A stretch of 64,000 bases of DNA from an uncultured Verrucomicrobiae bacterium (GCA_963836755.1 CAWIKF010000002.1:1536001-1600000); one strand, 5' to 3'. Shown: positions 11,372-22,999, counted from the stretch's first letter. Notes: generated by a model from the letters alone, not told the origin. Translations and numbers: made by a program.

Positions 11372-12043
11372 ATGGCGTCCGCGCCAGCTTTCCGTAAGCT
11401 GTCGCGGATGAAAAACTCCGGCGCGTTCCTTTCGTTTTGCATCGCGGCATTGCTGCGGATGCTCGCGTGGACGTGGCGTCTGCGGATGGACGATCAGTGC
11501 GGACTCAGTGGCAGCGAGACTTTGCCGCCGACGATCTGGGTGCTCTGGCACAACCGGCTGCTCATCGTGCCGATTCTTTACACGCGATTTTTTCGGCATC
11601 GCAAAGGCGCGGCGCTCATCAGCCGCAGCAAGGATGGGGACTTGCTCGCGAGCTGCATCGAGCGCTTCGGCGGCGTGGCCGTGCGCGGCTCGAGCTCGCG
11701 CGGCGGCGCTTATGCGCTGGCGGATTTGAAGCAAAAAATGCGCGATGGCTTTGATGTTTACATCACGCCCGATGGCCCGCGCGGCCCGCGCTACAGCGTC
11801 GCCTCGGGTGCGGTCTGGCTCGCGCAGACGACGGGCGCGCCGCTCTTGCCGATGAGCATGGAATGCTCGAACTGCTGGCGGCTCGGGCGCTGGGACGGCT
11901 TCATCATTCCGAAGCCGTTTGCGTCGATCACCGTGACGCTGCACCCATTTTACTATGTGCGACAAACTGTGGGCGAGGCCGCGCTCACGCAGGAACGCGA
12001 GCGGCTGCGCATGACGATGATGACGCTCACGCGAATCCTCTAG
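11372..12043 (+). CDS. DUF374 lysophospholipid acyltransferase-family protein
   Basis: LWHNR, ISRSKDG, VRGSSSRGG and ITPDGPRGP motifs. Start may instead be 11408. Confidence 0.85.
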   Translation: MASAPAFRKLSRMKNSGAFLSFCIAALLRMLAWTWRLRMDDQCGLSGSETLPPTIWVLWHNRLLIVPILYTRFFRHRKGAALISRSKDGDLLASCIERFGGVAVRGSSSRGGAYALADLKQKMRDGFDVYITPDGPRGPRYSVASGAVWLAQTTGAPLLPMSMECSNCWRLGRWDGFIIPKPFASITVTLHPFYYVRQTVGEAALTQERERLRMTMMTLTRIL

Positions 12044-12079
12044 CGCCGCGCATCTTCCCGGAGCAAATTGCTCAGCGGC

Positions 12080-13126
12080 ATGAAAATCTGCTTCGTCGAA
12101 ACCGAACCGCTCGAGCAGGAATTTTTCTCCGCGCATCTCGACGGCGAAATCATCTTCGCGGACTGCACCGAGGAGATTCCCGCCGACGTGGAGATTCTTT
12201 CCACTTTCATCTACACGAAAATCGACAGCGAGTTTCTCGATGCGCATCCGCAATTGCAGCTCGTCACCACGCGCTCGAGCGGCACCGATCACGTCGATCT
12301 CGCCGAATGCCGGCGGCGTGGCGTCAAAGTCAGCTACGTGTCGAGCTACGGCGAAAACACTGTGGCCGAGCATACCTTCGCGCTCATCCTCGCCCTCTCG
12401 CGCCGCCTGCGCCCCGCGCTCGAGATGCAAAAGCAGGCGCACTTTTCCTTCGAGTCGATCCGCGCCTTTGACCTGCAAGGGAAGACCCTCGGCGTCATCG
12501 GCTCGGGCCGCGTCGGGCTGCGCGTCATCCGCACCGCCAGAACTTTCGAGATGGAAGTCATCGCGAACGACCCGCAGCCGCGCCCCGGGATGGCGGAGAA
12601 ATTCGGCTTCCGCTACGCGCCCCTGGACGAACTCCTCCGCGCCTCGCACATCATCACCCTCCATTGCCCGCTCTCACCCGCCACGCATCACCTGCTCGAC
12701 CGCGAAGCATTCTCAAAATGCAGGCCGGGCGTGCTCATCATCAACACCTCGCGCGGCGCAGTCATCGACACCGCAGCCTTCAATGAGGCGCTCGACAATG
12801 GCATCATCGGCGCCGCCGGGCTCGACGTGCTCGAAGACGAGCGCGTCCTCCAGCAGGAGCATTCAAAAATCATCGGCCAGCAGATCTTCGACAACCTGCA
12901 AAGCCGCAGCCCGCACGAGGCGCACCGGCGGAATCCAGAGCGCGTCCGGGAACTCCAAGTCTTGATGGAAAACAGCCGCCTCCTCGCGCGGCCAAACGTG
13001 GTTTTCACCCCGCACGCCGCCTTCAACAGCATCGAAGCCGTCGAGTGCATCAACCGGATCACATTAGAAAACATCACCAGTTTCCTCGCCGGCAAACCTG
13101 AGAACCTCGTGCCCGGGAGGGAGTAG
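12080..13126 (+). CDS. D-2-hydroxyacid (D-lactate-like) dehydrogenase
   Basis: VAEHT, GVIGSGRVG, INTSRG, GLDV and TPHAAF motifs. Confidence 0.9.
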   Translation: MKICFVETEPLEQEFFSAHLDGEIIFADCTEEIPADVEILSTFIYTKIDSEFLDAHPQLQLVTTRSSGTDHVDLAECRRRGVKVSYVSSYGENTVAEHTFALILALSRRLRPALEMQKQAHFSFESIRAFDLQGKTLGVIGSGRVGLRVIRTARTFEMEVIANDPQPRPGMAEKFGFRYAPLDELLRASHIITLHCPLSPATHHLLDREAFSKCRPGVLIINTSRGAVIDTAAFNEALDNGIIGAAGLDVLEDERVLQQEHSKIIGQQIFDNLQSRSPHEAHRRNPERVRELQVLMENSRLLARPNVVFTPHAAFNSIEAVECINRITLENITSFLAGKPENLVPGRE

Positions 13127-13294
13127 GGGCGAAAGGCGGTGGCGCGGGATGAAAACCGTGACTGGATAGAATCGCCTCGATGGAGAGAAAGTGGGCTCCG
13201 ATGGAGACAAAGTTGGCCGTTGGAAGGGCAAAACTGCCCTCAAACCCTGCCAGAAGGCGACTTTTCCCTGTTTTAGCCGGGCAAAGCTCGCTCG

Positions 13295-13588
13295 GGAGCG
13301 AACAAACCGCTCCCGGGAGCGGATTAACCGCTCCTCGGAGCGAACAAACCGCTCTCGGGAGCGGACGAACCGCTCCTCGGAGCGGACGAACCGCGCTTCG
13401 GAGCGAACAAACCGCTCTCGGGAGCGGATGAACCGCGCTTCGGAGTGGATGAGCCGCGCTTCGGAGTGGATGAGCCGGGCTTCGGAGTGGATGAGCCGCG
13501 CTTCGGAGTGGATGAACCGCGCTTCGGAGTGGATGAACCGCGCTTGAGAGTGGGCGAGCCGCGCTCGGGGGCGGATGAACCGCGCTTA
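13295..13588. repeat. Tandem array of 14 x 21-bp units, consensus ~GGAG(C/T)GGAYGAACCGCGCTTC, with weaker 21-periodic sequence upstream (~13160-13240)
   Basis: Units read directly, e.g. GGAGCGAACAAACCGCTCCCG / GGAGCGGATTAACCGCTCCTC / GGAGTGGATGAGCCGCGCTTC. Confidence 0.95.
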
Positions 13589-13662
13589 CCGTGATGGAGA
13601 GGTTAGTTTCTCGAAAACTCCCAATAGCGCGACGCAAAGCTGGCCGACGGCAGCATTATCCC

Positions 13663-13690
13663 TTGCCGCGCACAAGAAAGCTTGCATACT
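13663..13690 (+). promoter_or_regulatory. Possible sigma70 promoter for tRNA-Phe
   Basis: TTGCCG-N16-CATACT about 80 bp upstream of the tRNA. Confidence 0.3.
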
Positions 13691-13768
13691 GACACCCGCT
13701 GCTTAAGAAAAAAGTGGCAGTGGATGAAAAAGCTGTGTGGATCCTTTCGAGGAGCGGCTTTTGGCGAC

Positions 13769-13841
13769 GGCTGGGTAGCTCAGTTGGCAGAGCAGAGGAC
13801 TGAAAATCCTCGTGTCGGGAGTTCGATTCTCCCCCCAGCCA
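13769..13841 (+). tRNA. trnF: tRNA-Phe (GAA)
   Basis: GGCTGGG/CCCAGCC acceptor stem, AGCTCAGTTGG D arm, GAGGA-CTGAAAA-TCCTC anticodon arm, GTTCGATT T loop. Followed by ACCT, so CCA is not fully encoded. Confidence 0.97.
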
Positions 13842-13937
13842 CCTGTTGTTCGAGATGACTCCGCCGGCAGCTGATATTGCTGGCATTTGACGGTGTTTAA
13901 ATGCGCTGCATAGTGCTCCACTTCGTATTTCTTCTGG

Positions 13938-15530
13938 ATGCCCCCCGAGCTTGAAACTTTAACGGACGATACCGCTTATCCCACGCCCGATTTGCTGCTG
14001 TCCGCGATTGTGGATTCGTCGGACGACGCGATCATCAGCAAGAATCTAAACGGGATCGTCACGAGCTGGAACCGGAGCGCGCAGCGCGTCTTTGGCTACA
14101 CCGCGGAGGAGATGGTGGGGCAGCCGATCCTGCGGCTTTTGCCGCCGGAGAATCAAGAGGAGGAAACGCGAATCCTTGCCCGGCTTCGGCGGGGAGAGCG
14201 GGTCGATCATTACGAGACGGTGCGCGTTTGCAAAGATGGCCGCCGCATCGATGTCTCGCTGACGATTTCGCCGATAAGGAACGCCTCGGGTAAAATCATC
14301 GGCGCATCCAAGATCGCGCGCGACATCACCGAGCAGAAGCGCGCAGTCGCCAGGCTGGCGATCGCCAACGAGGAACTCGCCCGCGCGAACCGGTTGAAGG
14401 GGGAATTCATCTCGACGCTTTCCCACGAGCTGCGGACGCCGCTCAATGCGATCCTCGGCTGGATCCAACTTTTAAAAGAAAAACCATCCCCGGACGACGT
14501 GGAACAGGGGCTGATCGTCATCGAGCGCAACGTCCGCGCGCAATCGCAGCTCATCGAGGATCTGCTGGACATGAGCCGCATCGAATCGGGCAAGCTCGCG
14601 CTCGATGTCCAAAGGCTCGACCTGCCCGCAGTGGTGCATGCCGCAATTGAATCGGTGGAGCCGGCCGCACTCGCGAAGTGCATTCGCCTTTCATCCACGT
14701 TCGGCAGCCTCGATGGCAGTGTGATGGCGGACAAGAATCGCCTTCAGCAAATCGTCTGGAACCTGTTGATCAACGCGATCAAATTTACGCCGAAAGGTGG
14801 AAGCGTCCGGGTCACGATTGAACGCGTGCACTCACACGTCGAGATCGCCGTGGCAGACACGGGCGCCGGCATCGCGCCGGAGTTTATCCACCAGATTTTT
14901 GACCGCTTCAGCCAGGGCGATTCTTCGACCACGCGGCGGCACGGCGGGCTCGGTCTGGGGCTTTCGATTGTAAAACATCTCGTCGAGCTGCATGGCGGAA
15001 CCGTGCGTGCCAGCAGTCCCGGTCTTGATCAAGGCGCGACATTTGTCGTTTCGCTGCCGGTGCTGACAGTGGCGGAGTCTGCCGATCGCGGCACGATGCA
15101 GATGCGGAATCAGGCCGCCGATGAACCGGCGTGGAAACGGGAGTTGAACGGCGTCGATTTGCTGTTGGTGGATGATGATGTCGATTCGGCGGCCGTTCTC
15201 CGGCGCATCCTCGAGCGCCGCGGCGCGAAAGTGCGCACCGCCGCTTCCATGGAGGAGGCGCTCGCGTGTTTCAAGGAAGCGATGCCGGACGTGCTCGTCA
15301 GCGACATCGGCATGCCTGAGCACGACGGCTATGAATTGATCGAGCGGATTCGCGCGCTTCCGGATGGCCAGACCGTGCCTGCCGTCGCGCTGACTGCACT
15401 CGCTCGCAGCGAGGACAGGACGCGGGCCGTTCGCGCTGGTTTCCAAATGCACGTCGCGAAGCCGGTCGATGCGTTTGAGCTGATCGCGATCGTTGGGAAC
15501 TTGGCCAGCCTTCGCCCCACGTCGCGCTAG
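13938..15530 (+). CDS. Hybrid PAS histidine kinase/response regulator
   Basis: PAS (AIVDSSDDAIISK), SHELRTPL, HGGLGLGL and C-terminal REC (SDIGMP). Confidence 0.93.
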   Translation: MPPELETLTDDTAYPTPDLLLSAIVDSSDDAIISKNLNGIVTSWNRSAQRVFGYTAEEMVGQPILRLLPPENQEEETRILARLRRGERVDHYETVRVCKDGRRIDVSLTISPIRNASGKIIGASKIARDITEQKRAVARLAIANEELARANRLKGEFISTLSHELRTPLNAILGWIQLLKEKPSPDDVEQGLIVIERNVRAQSQLIEDLLDMSRIESGKLALDVQRLDLPAVVHAAIESVEPAALAKCIRLSSTFGSLDGSVMADKNRLQQIVWNLLINAIKFTPKGGSVRVTIERVHSHVEIAVADTGAGIAPEFIHQIFDRFSQGDSSTTRRHGGLGLGLSIVKHLVELHGGTVRASSPGLDQGATFVVSLPVLTVAESADRGTMQMRNQAADEPAWKRELNGVDLLLVDDDVDSAAVLRRILERRGAKVRTAASMEEALACFKEAMPDVLVSDIGMPEHDGYELIERIRALPDGQTVPAVALTALARSEDRTRAVRAGFQMHVAKPVDAFELIAIVGNLASLRPTSR

Positions 15531-15679
15531 CGGTGGATGTTGGCGCGAGGCACTCATCGCGCAACGCTCTTCGCAAAGGTTGAATCAAAACTCGCGAGCA
15601 AGCGAGTTCCGCTGTCTTAATCTCTAACTTTTAAGTTTTAACTTTTAACGTCCACCTCCTAACGTTCCCACGTCTTCCC

Positions 15680-18600
15680 ATGAATCATCGTCAAACTCCG
15701 TCCCGCCGTTTTCCCTTCGTTCTCCTTTGCCTTATATCAATGGCTGCGTCCGCGATTGGCGCGCCCGCGGTTTCAACGCTCTCCTCGGGATGGAAATTGC
15801 AAGATGCGGCAAAAGTTACCGCGACCGCGGAACAAATCTCGCAAGCGACCTTCCAGCCGACCGACTGGCATCCGGCCACCGTTCCGGGCACAATCCTCAC
15901 GTCACTGGTTGACGACAAAGTCTATCCGGAACCGCTTTACGGCGAGAACAACCGGCCCGACAAAATCCCGGAGAGCCTTTGCCGGACTTCGTATTGGTAT
16001 CGCACGACTTTCAACGTGCCAGCGGATTACAAGGGGCGATCGACGTGGCTGAACTTTGCCGGGATCAACTACGCGGCCGAGGTCTGGGTGAATGGCACCA
16101 GCGTCGGCGCGATCAAGGGGGCGTTCGCGCGCGGGATGTTTGACATTACGGCACTCGTGAAGCCGGGCACCGAGGCGACGCTCGCGGTGCTCGTCCATCC
16201 GCAGCCGCATCCGGGCATCCCGATCGAGCACACCATCGCCAACGGGATGGGCAAAAACGGCGGCGCCACGGCGATCGACGGCCCGACGTTTCTCTGCACG
16301 CTCGGCTGGGATTGGATTCCCGGCATTCGCGACCGCGACACGGGCATCTGGCAGAAAGTTTTTCTTTCATCGACGGGGCCGGTGCGGATCGAGGAGCCGC
16401 GCGTGACTTCGGACATCCCATTGCCGCGCCTCGACACGGCGGATCTCACGGTGCAGGTGACTTTGAAGAACACGAGCGATCAGCCGCAGAAGGGAACTTT
16501 CAAGGGGACCATCGGCGAGAAAAGTTCGTCGCGCGATTCTCTTTCGTTTCAAGAGCAGGTCGAAATCCCGCCGCACGGCTCGAAGGTTGTGGTGCTCGAT
16601 CCTTCCACGACTCCGGCGTTGCGCATGAAAGACCCGAAGCTCTGGTGGCCGAATGGCTACGGGCCGCAGAATCTTTACCACGTGCGTCTGTCCTTCGAGA
16701 CCGGCGGCAGCGAATCGGATGAGGCGGCTTTGAAAATCGGCATCCGCAAGATCACTTACGTCGCGAAGGGGAGCGATGATTTGTGTCTCTCGGTGAATGG
16801 CGTGCGCGTCGTGGCGAAGGGCGGCGACTGGGGGCTCGACGAGGCGATGAAGCGCATCCCGCGCGAGCGGCTCGAGGCGCAGATTCGGTATCATCAGCAG
16901 GCGAATTACACGATCATCCGCAATTGGGTCGGCCAGAGCACGGGCGAGGACTTTTACGATCTTTGCGATGAATACGGCATCATGCTGTGGGATGAATTTT
17001 TTCAACCAAACCCCAGCGATGGCCCGAATCCGACCGACCTCGAGACCTATATGGCCAATGCGCGCGAAAAGATCGTCCGCTTTCGCAATCATCCCTCCAT
17101 CGCGATCTGGTGCGGTCGCAACGAGGGCCGTCCGCCGAAGGATATCAACGATGCCTTGACGAAATTGACGGCCGAGCTGGACCCGAACCGGCTGTATCAG
17201 CCGAGTTCGACCGACGGGCACGGCGTGCATTCCGGCGGGCCTTATCATTGGAGAGAGCCGGTGGAGTTTTACCACGTGGATGCGCCGTTCAAGACGGAGA
17301 TCGGCAGCGTGTCGGTGCCGACTTTGGAAGCGGTGCAGGCGATGATGCCGAAAGAAGATTGGGAAACCATCAACGACGATTGGGTCGAGCACGATTTCGG
17401 TAAGGGCGCGCAAAGCGGCGATGTCTATCCGGGCGAACTCAGCCGGCGCTACGGCAAAACCGCGAACCTCGCGGACTTTGTGCGCAAGGCGCAACTGGCA
17501 AATTACGAGGCGTTCCGCGCGATGTATGAAGGGCGCTTCGTGAAACTTTTCACGCCAGTCACAGGAGTCATCACCTGGATGAGCAACCCCGCGCAGCCGA
17601 GCTTTGTCTGGCAGCTTTACAGTTGGGACCTCGAGCCGAACTCGGCGCTGTTCGCGACTCGGAAAGCGTGCGAGCCGGTTCACGTGATGCTCAACGAAAG
17701 CAGCGGACATTTGGCCGTCATCAATAACGAGCCGCAGCCTTTCGACGGCACGGCGTTGGTCGCCCTATATAATATGGATGGCAAAGTGGCTTCGCAGCAC
17801 GACGTGAAAGTCCACGCGGACGGAAGCGCCGCGACCGATCTCGGCCCTGCGGAACCGGATGGCCTCGCGCAGCTGCATTTTGTAAAACTCGAGCTGCACG
17901 ACGCCGCGGGCAAAACTTTGTCGGATAACTTTTACTGGCGCGCCGGCACCGGCCCGGAGGAAAGTCTCGCGGCGCTGCAAAAACTTCCCGTCGTGAAGTT
18001 GGACGTTTCCATGAAACGCCACGACGCGGGCGGAAAAACTTTTCTCGAAGTCGCGCTCCACAATCCCACCGACTCGATCGCGCTGATGGCGCACCTGCAA
18101 TTGCGGCGTCAGGACGGCGAGCGGGTGCTGCCGGTTTATTACTCGGAGAATTACATCTCGATGGTGCCGAAGGAGTCAAAGTCGCTGACCATCGAGGCCG
18201 CGACCGCCGATCTCCGCGGTAAAAGTCCGCTGCTCGTCCTCGACGGCTGGAACATCGACGTCGCGCCGGTCGCATCCGGCGATGAGAATGTCGAGCAAAA
18301 CAAAAACGCGCTCGTCGCGAGCTGGCCCGTGACGGGGCTGCCGATCAAGTGGTTCGCCGGCCCGCTCGATCAGGTCAAAGTTTGCTGCGGCGTTCGCTCG
18401 CAGAGGCCCATGCACACTGGTTTTTCGCAGGATGCTGGCTACGATCTCGGCTCATCCTTGCGCGGGAGTGGCACCGTCACTGACGCAACTGGCGCGCCCG
18501 CGACTCCCCAGGATCTTTACCAGTCCGCTCGCGTCGGCGAATGCACCTACACGTTTCCGATGAAGCCCGCCGCTGCCGGCTACACCGTGCGTCTCGCTTT

Positions 18601-18913
18601 TGCCGAAATCAGCTTTGCTCCAAAGGCCGCCGCGAAGCCATCGTCCTCGCCTTCCGCTGCCGCCTCGCCGACTCCGAAACCGCCGGAACCCGACCTCACC
18701 GGAAAACGCGTCTTCAATGTGGACATCAACGGCCAGCGCGTCCTCACGAATTTCGACATCTTTGCCGCCGCCGGAGGCCGCAACAAAGCCGCGGTGAAAG
18801 AATTCAAGGGAATCCAGCCCGACAAGAACGGAAAGATCGCGATCGAATTTAAAAACGGCGCGAAAGATCAGCCGCTCATCAACGGCATCGAAATCCTGCC
18901 AGCGGGAGAATAG
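15680..18913 (+). CDS. Secreted GH2 glycoside hydrolase (exo-beta-D-glucosaminidase/beta-mannosidase-like) with C-terminal malectin domain
   Basis: Signal peptide; [24 protein letters not shown] and [14 protein letters not shown]; malectin LAFAEI…RVFNVDING…FDIFAAAGG…INGIEI. Confidence 0.9.
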   Translation: MNHRQTPSRRFPFVLLCLISMAASAIGAPAVSTLSSGWKLQDAAKVTATAEQISQATFQPTDWHPATVPGTILTSLVDDKVYPEPLYGENNRPDKIPESLCRTSYWYRTTFNVPADYKGRSTWLNFAGINYAAEVWVNGTSVGAIKGAFARGMFDITALVKPGTEATLAVLVHPQPHPGIPIEHTIANGMGKNGGATAIDGPTFLCTLGWDWIPGIRDRDTGIWQKVFLSSTGPVRIEEPRVTSDIPLPRLDTADLTVQVTLKNTSDQPQKGTFKGTIGEKSSSRDSLSFQEQVEIPPHGSKVVVLDPSTTPALRMKDPKLWWPNGYGPQNLYHVRLSFETGGSESDEAALKIGIRKITYVAKGSDDLCLSVNGVRVVAKGGDWGLDEAMKRIPRERLEAQIRYHQQANYTIIRNWVGQSTGEDFYDLCDEYGIMLWDEFFQPNPSDGPNPTDLETYMANAREKIVRFRNHPSIAIWCGRNEGRPPKDINDALTKLTAELDPNRLYQPSSTDGHGVHSGGPYHWREPVEFYHVDAPFKTEIGSVSVPTLEAVQAMMPKEDWETINDDWVEHDFGKGAQSGDVYPGELSRRYGKTANLADFVRKAQLANYEAFRAMYEGRFVKLFTPVTGVITWMSNPAQPSFVWQLYSWDLEPNSALFATRKACEPVHVMLNESSGHLAVINNEPQPFDGTALVALYNMDGKVASQHDVKVHADGSAATDLGPAEPDGLAQLHFVKLELHDAAGKTLSDNFYWRAGTGPEESLAALQKLPVVKLDVSMKRHDAGGKTFLEVALHNPTDSIALMAHLQLRRQDGERVLPVYYSENYISMVPKESKSLTIEAATADLRGKSPLLVLDGWNIDVAPVASGDENVEQNKNALVASWPVTGLPIKWFAGPLDQVKVCCGVRSQRPMHTGFSQDAGYDLGSSLRGSGTVTDATGAPATPQDLYQSARVGECTYTFPMKPAAAGYTVRLAFAEISFAPKAAAKPSSSPSAAASPTPKPPEPDLTGKRVFNVDINGQRVLTNFDIFAAAGGRNKAAVKEFKGIQPDKNGKIAIEFKNGAKDQPLINGIEILPAGE

Positions 18914-19022
18914 CAAAAGCTCCGGCGACGTTTCCAACGTGCTGCGTCGTTTGCGCGCGAATGCGCAAAATGGCGAAAAACAAGTTTGCGAAAGATGGGC
19001 ATCTTCCGCATCAATGGACGGC

Positions 19023-19325
19023 ATGCACCTCACGCCGCGCGAGCAGGAAAAGTTGCTGGTCGTCGTGGCGGCCGACCTCGCGCGACGCCGGCAGGCGCGC
19101 GGGCTGAAGCTGAATTATCCCGAGGCCGTCGCGATCATCACGTTTGAAATTTTCGAAGGCGCGCGCGACGGAAAATCGGTGGCCGAGCTGATGAGCTTCG
19201 GCACGACTATTTTGAAAAAAGGCGACGTGATGGAAGGCGTCGCGGAGATGATTCACGAAGTCCAGGCCGAGGCGACTTTCCCCGACGGCACGAAACTCGT
19301 GACCGTTCACAATCCCATCCGATGA
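19023..19325 (+). CDS. ureA: Urease gamma subunit
   Basis: [12 protein letters not shown]…[17 protein letters not shown]. Confidence 0.97.
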   Translation: MHLTPREQEKLLVVVAADLARRRQARGLKLNYPEAVAIITFEIFEGARDGKSVAELMSFGTTILKKGDVMEGVAEMIHEVQAEATFPDGTKLVTVHNPIR

Positions 19326-19630
19326 TCCCCGGCGAAATCATTGTCGCGAGCGCGCCCGATCTCGAAGCGAATGCGGGATTGGAAACAAAGTCGCTCGTAG
19401 TTGCGAACACCGGCGACAGGCCGATTCAAATCGGCAGCCACTTTCATTTTCACGAAGTCAACACGGCGTTAAACTTTGATCGCAGCGCCGCGCGCGGCTT
19501 TCGGCTCAACATCCCCGCTGGCACAGCGGTGCGCTTCGAGCCCGGAGACACGAAGGAAGTCGAGCTCGTCGCGCTCGCGGGTGCGCGGGAAGTTTACGGA
19601 CTCAACAACAAAGTGGACGGCAAATTATGA
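19322..19630 (+). CDS. ureB: Urease beta subunit
   Basis: MIPGE…[15 protein letters not shown]…[12 protein letters not shown]. Confidence 0.97.
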   Translation: MIPGEIIVASAPDLEANAGLETKSLVVANTGDRPIQIGSHFHFHEVNTALNFDRSAARGFRLNIPAGTAVRFEPGDTKEVELVALAGAREVYGLNNKVDGKL

Positions 19631-21348
19631 AAATGACGCGTCGCCAGTATGCGGAGATGTTCGGCCCGACTGTCGGCGACCGCGTGCGGCTCGCAGACAC
19701 GGAACTTTTCATCGAGGTCGAGCGCGACTTGATCGCGGAAAATGGGGGCTACGGAAACGAAGTAAAATTCGGCGGCGGCAAAGTGATCCGCGATGGAATG
19801 GGTCAGTCGCCGCTCGCGACCGATGCCGAATCGCTCGACCTCGTCATCACGAACGCGCTGATTTTGGACGCAGTGCAAGGTGTTATCAAAGCGGATCTCG
19901 GTGTAAAACACGGGCGCATCGTCGGCATCGGCCATGCTGGAAATCCGCTGATCCAGAGCGGTATAACAATGACGATCGGAGCGGCAACGGAAGTCATCGC
20001 GGGCGAAGGTTGCATCGTCACTGCCGGCGGCATTGATTCGCACATCCATTTCATCTGCCCGCAACAAATCGAGCACGCGCTCGCGAGTGGCGTCACGACG
20101 ATGATTGGCGGCGGCACCGGCCCCGCGCACGGAACCTACGCCACGACTTGCACGCCCGGCATCTGGAACATGCACCGGATGCTCGAAGCCGCGGACGAGT
20201 ATCCGATGAACCTCGGATTTTTAGGCAAAGGAAACTGCTCGACGCACGAGCCTTTGCGCGAGCAGGTGCTCGCCGGGGCTGTTGGGCTCAAGCTTCACGA
20301 GGATTGGGGCACGACGCCTGCGGCGATTTCCACCTGTCTCGATGTCGCCGATGAACTCGACGTGCAGGTCGCGATTCACACCGACACTTTGAATGAAAGC
20401 GGCTTCGTCGAGGACACGATCCGCGCATTCAAAGGCCGCACGATTCACACGTATCACAGCGAAGGCGCGGGCGGCGGGCATGCGCCGGACATCATCAAAG
20501 TCTGCGGCGAGGCGAACGTGCTGCCGTCGTCCACGAACCCGACGCGACCTTTCACAGTGAACACAATTGATGAACATCTGGATATGCTCATGGTGTGCCA
20601 TCATCTCGACTCGAAAATTCCCGAGGATGTCGCCTTCGCGGAGTCGCGCATCCGCCCGGAAACCATCGCAGCGGAGGATTTGCTGCACGATCTCGGCGCG
20701 TTCTCGATGATGTCCAGCGACTCGCAGGCGATGGGCCGCATCGGCGAAGTCATCACGCGCACATGGCAGACCGCGCACAAGATGAAAACGCAGTTCGGCA
20801 CGCTGGAATCGAGTGTTCATGCGGCTTCCGACAACTTTCGCGCGCTGCGTTACATCGCGAAATACACGATCAATCCCGCGATCACGCACGGCATCGCGCA
20901 CGAAGTCGGCTCGCTGGAAGTGGGAAAGCTTGCCGATCTCGTCGTCTGGAAACCGGCGTTCTTCGGCGTGAAACCCGAAGTCATTTTGAAAGGCGGACTC
21001 ATCGCAATGGCGAACATGGGCGATCCAAACGCCAGCATCCCGACGCCGCAGCCGACATTCTACCGGCCGCAATTCGCGGCACACGGCCGCGCAAAGTTTT
21101 CCACATCCGTGACGTTCGTAAGCGCCGCATCGCTGCAACACGGATTGCTAAACAAAGTTCAATTTTCGAAACGCGCCGTCGCCGTGAAGAACACGCGCAA
21201 AATCTCGAAGCGCGATCTCCTCTGGAACGACGCGATGCCGCGCATCGACGTCGATCCCGAGACCTACACCGTGAAGGCGGACGGCCGAATCCTCACCTGC
21301 GAACCCGCGACCACGCTGCCGCTCGCGCAGCGTTACTTCCTTTTTTAA
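19627..21348 (+). CDS. ureC: Urease alpha subunit
   Basis: [28 protein letters not shown] and QRYFLF. Confidence 0.98.
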   Translation: MKMTRRQYAEMFGPTVGDRVRLADTELFIEVERDLIAENGGYGNEVKFGGGKVIRDGMGQSPLATDAESLDLVITNALILDAVQGVIKADLGVKHGRIVGIGHAGNPLIQSGITMTIGAATEVIAGEGCIVTAGGIDSHIHFICPQQIEHALASGVTTMIGGGTGPAHGTYATTCTPGIWNMHRMLEAADEYPMNLGFLGKGNCSTHEPLREQVLAGAVGLKLHEDWGTTPAAISTCLDVADELDVQVAIHTDTLNESGFVEDTIRAFKGRTIHTYHSEGAGGGHAPDIIKVCGEANVLPSSTNPTRPFTVNTIDEHLDMLMVCHHLDSKIPEDVAFAESRIRPETIAAEDLLHDLGAFSMMSSDSQAMGRIGEVITRTWQTAHKMKTQFGTLESSVHAASDNFRALRYIAKYTINPAITHGIAHEVGSLEVGKLADLVVWKPAFFGVKPEVILKGGLIAMANMGDPNASIPTPQPTFYRPQFAAHGRAKFSTSVTFVSAASLQHGLLNKVQFSKRAVAVKNTRKISKRDLLWNDAMPRIDVDPETYTVKADGRILTCEPATTLPLAQRYFLF

Positions 21349-21351
21349 AAC

Positions 21352-21777
21352 GTGGAAATCATTCGCAAGGAATTGCACAAGCTCCGGCCCGGCTTCGGCG
21401 AAATCCGACTGCGCGCCGACCGGCAAACGCTCGCGAAGCGGCGCTGGCGCGGCGTCGCCGACGATGGGCGCGAGTTCGGGTTCGACCTCGACGAGGCGCT
21501 CGCGGACGGCGCAACTTTTTTCGAGACCGAGGAACATCGCTATCGGATCGCGCAAAATCCGGAGCCGGTGCTCGAGATCAAATTGCACGACCTCGCACAA
21601 GCCGCGCGCACCGGCTGGGCCGTCGGCAATCTCCACTTCGCCGTCGAAGTCGCGGGCGACAGGCTGCGCGTCGCCGACGACACCGCGCTGCGCCAGCTTT
21701 TCGCGCGGGAGGGGCTTGCGTTCGCCGAGACGACGCAGGTTTTTCACCCAACCGGCGCGCCGCCGCATGTTCATTGA
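21352..21777 (+). CDS. ureE: Urease accessory protein UreE
   Basis: KRRWRGVADDG and WAVGNLH motifs; operon position. No long His tail. Confidence 0.85.
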   Translation: MEIIRKELHKLRPGFGEIRLRADRQTLAKRRWRGVADDGREFGFDLDEALADGATFFETEEHRYRIAQNPEPVLEIKLHDLAQAARTGWAVGNLHFAVEVAGDRLRVADDTALRQLFAREGLAFAETTQVFHPTGAPPHVH

Positions 21778-22447
21778 CTGGCTGCCGTTTGTTTTACAAA
21801 CGAGCGACCCGCTCTTCCCGACCGGTGCGTATGCGCATTCGCTCGGCCTCGAGGAAATCGTCCGCCTCGGCATCGTGCGCGACGAAGCCACGCTCGCGGC
21901 TTTTTTAAAAAAACAGATCCTTCCCGCGCTCGCGCACCACGAACTCCCGTATCTCCGCTTCGCGCGGCATGCGGCGTCGGAAAGCATCGACGAACTTTGC
22001 GCGATCGACCGCGAAATCAGCGCGTGGAAGATCGCGCGCGAGCTCCGCGACGCCAGTGCGGCCCTCGGCGCGCGCCGATTGAAGATGCTCCTGCAAATCT
22101 CGCCGACAGACGCGATGCGCGCATTTGAAAAACGCCTCATCGCCGGCGAAGCGCGCGGCCATCACCTCGCAGTCTGCGGCCTGCAATTCGCCGCCGTCCC
22201 GCTCGAGGCCGCGCTCGCCGCCTATCTTTACCAAACGCTCGCCGCGCACGGCAGCGCCGCGCTCAAGCTCATCCGAATCGGCCAGGAAGCATGCCAGCGC
22301 GTGTTGAGCGATTGTTTGACAAACGCCAGCGACACCATCGCCCGCTCACTGCGCGTCGAGCGCGACGACGCCGGCTGGTTCAACCCGCTCCTCGACATCG
22401 CCGCCATGCGCCACGAGCGCGCCGGCGAGCGCCTTTTCATCTCCTGA
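21767..22447 (+). CDS. ureF: Urease accessory protein UreF
   Basis: LQTSDPLFPTGAYAHSLGLE…HERAGERLFIS. Confidence 0.93.
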   Translation: MFIDWLPFVLQTSDPLFPTGAYAHSLGLEEIVRLGIVRDEATLAAFLKKQILPALAHHELPYLRFARHAASESIDELCAIDREISAWKIARELRDASAALGARRLKMLLQISPTDAMRAFEKRLIAGEARGHHLAVCGLQFAAVPLEAALAAYLYQTLAAHGSAALKLIRIGQEACQRVLSDCLTNASDTIARSLRVERDDAGWFNPLLDIAAMRHERAGERLFIS

Positions 22448-22470
22448 AATCAAAAACCCCGCCGCGCGCG

Positions 22471-22866
22471 TCAGCTTTTCGGCGACTCGTGCAGCCCGAT
22501 GATCGCCCCCTGCGGATCGGCGATGATCGCGATGCGCCCCACCTGCGGAATCTCCTTCGGCGGCAGGCAAACCGTCGCTCCGAGCCGCGTCGCGTGCGCC
22601 ACAGTCGCCTCCACATTTTCCACCACCACGTAATTCGTCCACATCGTCGGCGCGCCCGGCTGCGGCGTCTTCATCACCCCGCCAAACGCGCTCCCGCCGT
22701 GCTTGAACATCGTGTAATCATGCTCCGGCATCGGGAACTTCTCCGTCTCCCAGCCGAAAAGCTCCGTATAAAAAGCGATCGCGCCCGCCGGGTCGCCCGT
22801 CACCAATTCATTCCAGCCGATCTCGCCCGGCTGCATGCAATTCCCGCTGCTCGATTCATTGCTCAT
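22471..22866 (-). CDS. VOC/glyoxalase family protein
   Basis: GEIGWNEL…FYTELFGW…GRIAIIADPQGA. Confidence 0.88.
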   Translation of the reverse strand: MSNESSSGNCMQPGEIGWNELVTGDPAGAIAFYTELFGWETEKFPMPEHDYTMFKHGGSAFGGVMKTPQPGAPTMWTNYVVVENVEATVAHATRLGATVCLPPKEIPQVGRIAIIADPQGAIIGLHESPKS

Positions 22867-22999
22867 AAAAGCGAAATGCCACAGGCCGGCGCGCGCGTCC
22901 AGCCCGTTCTCGGTGCGAAAAAATCGCGCCGCGCGAGATTGCCCATTGACGTGCAGCATGTGAAACAATAGACCACACGCCGTGATGTGGCATGGCGAG

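Noticed and set aside
13074..13637. ORFs across the 13.3-kb array (SAVHPLR, RERTNRS and GSEQTAL repeats)
   Set aside because: Several frames on both strands are open simply because the unit is a multiple of 3. No convincing start or domain.
13769..15600. Genomic island integrated at tRNA-Phe
   Set aside because: No integrase seen and no duplicated tRNA 3' end noticed.
15617..15650. Short TTTTAAC-like 7-mer repeats upstream of the GH2 gene
   Set aside because: Only about four imperfect copies, too weak to assign a function.
16367..17710. Long antisense or alternate-frame ORFs (also 9821-11014, 11324-12664, 20595-21908, 26400-27617, 38555-39721)
   Set aside because: Shadow ORFs of high-GC genes with clear family motifs in another frame.
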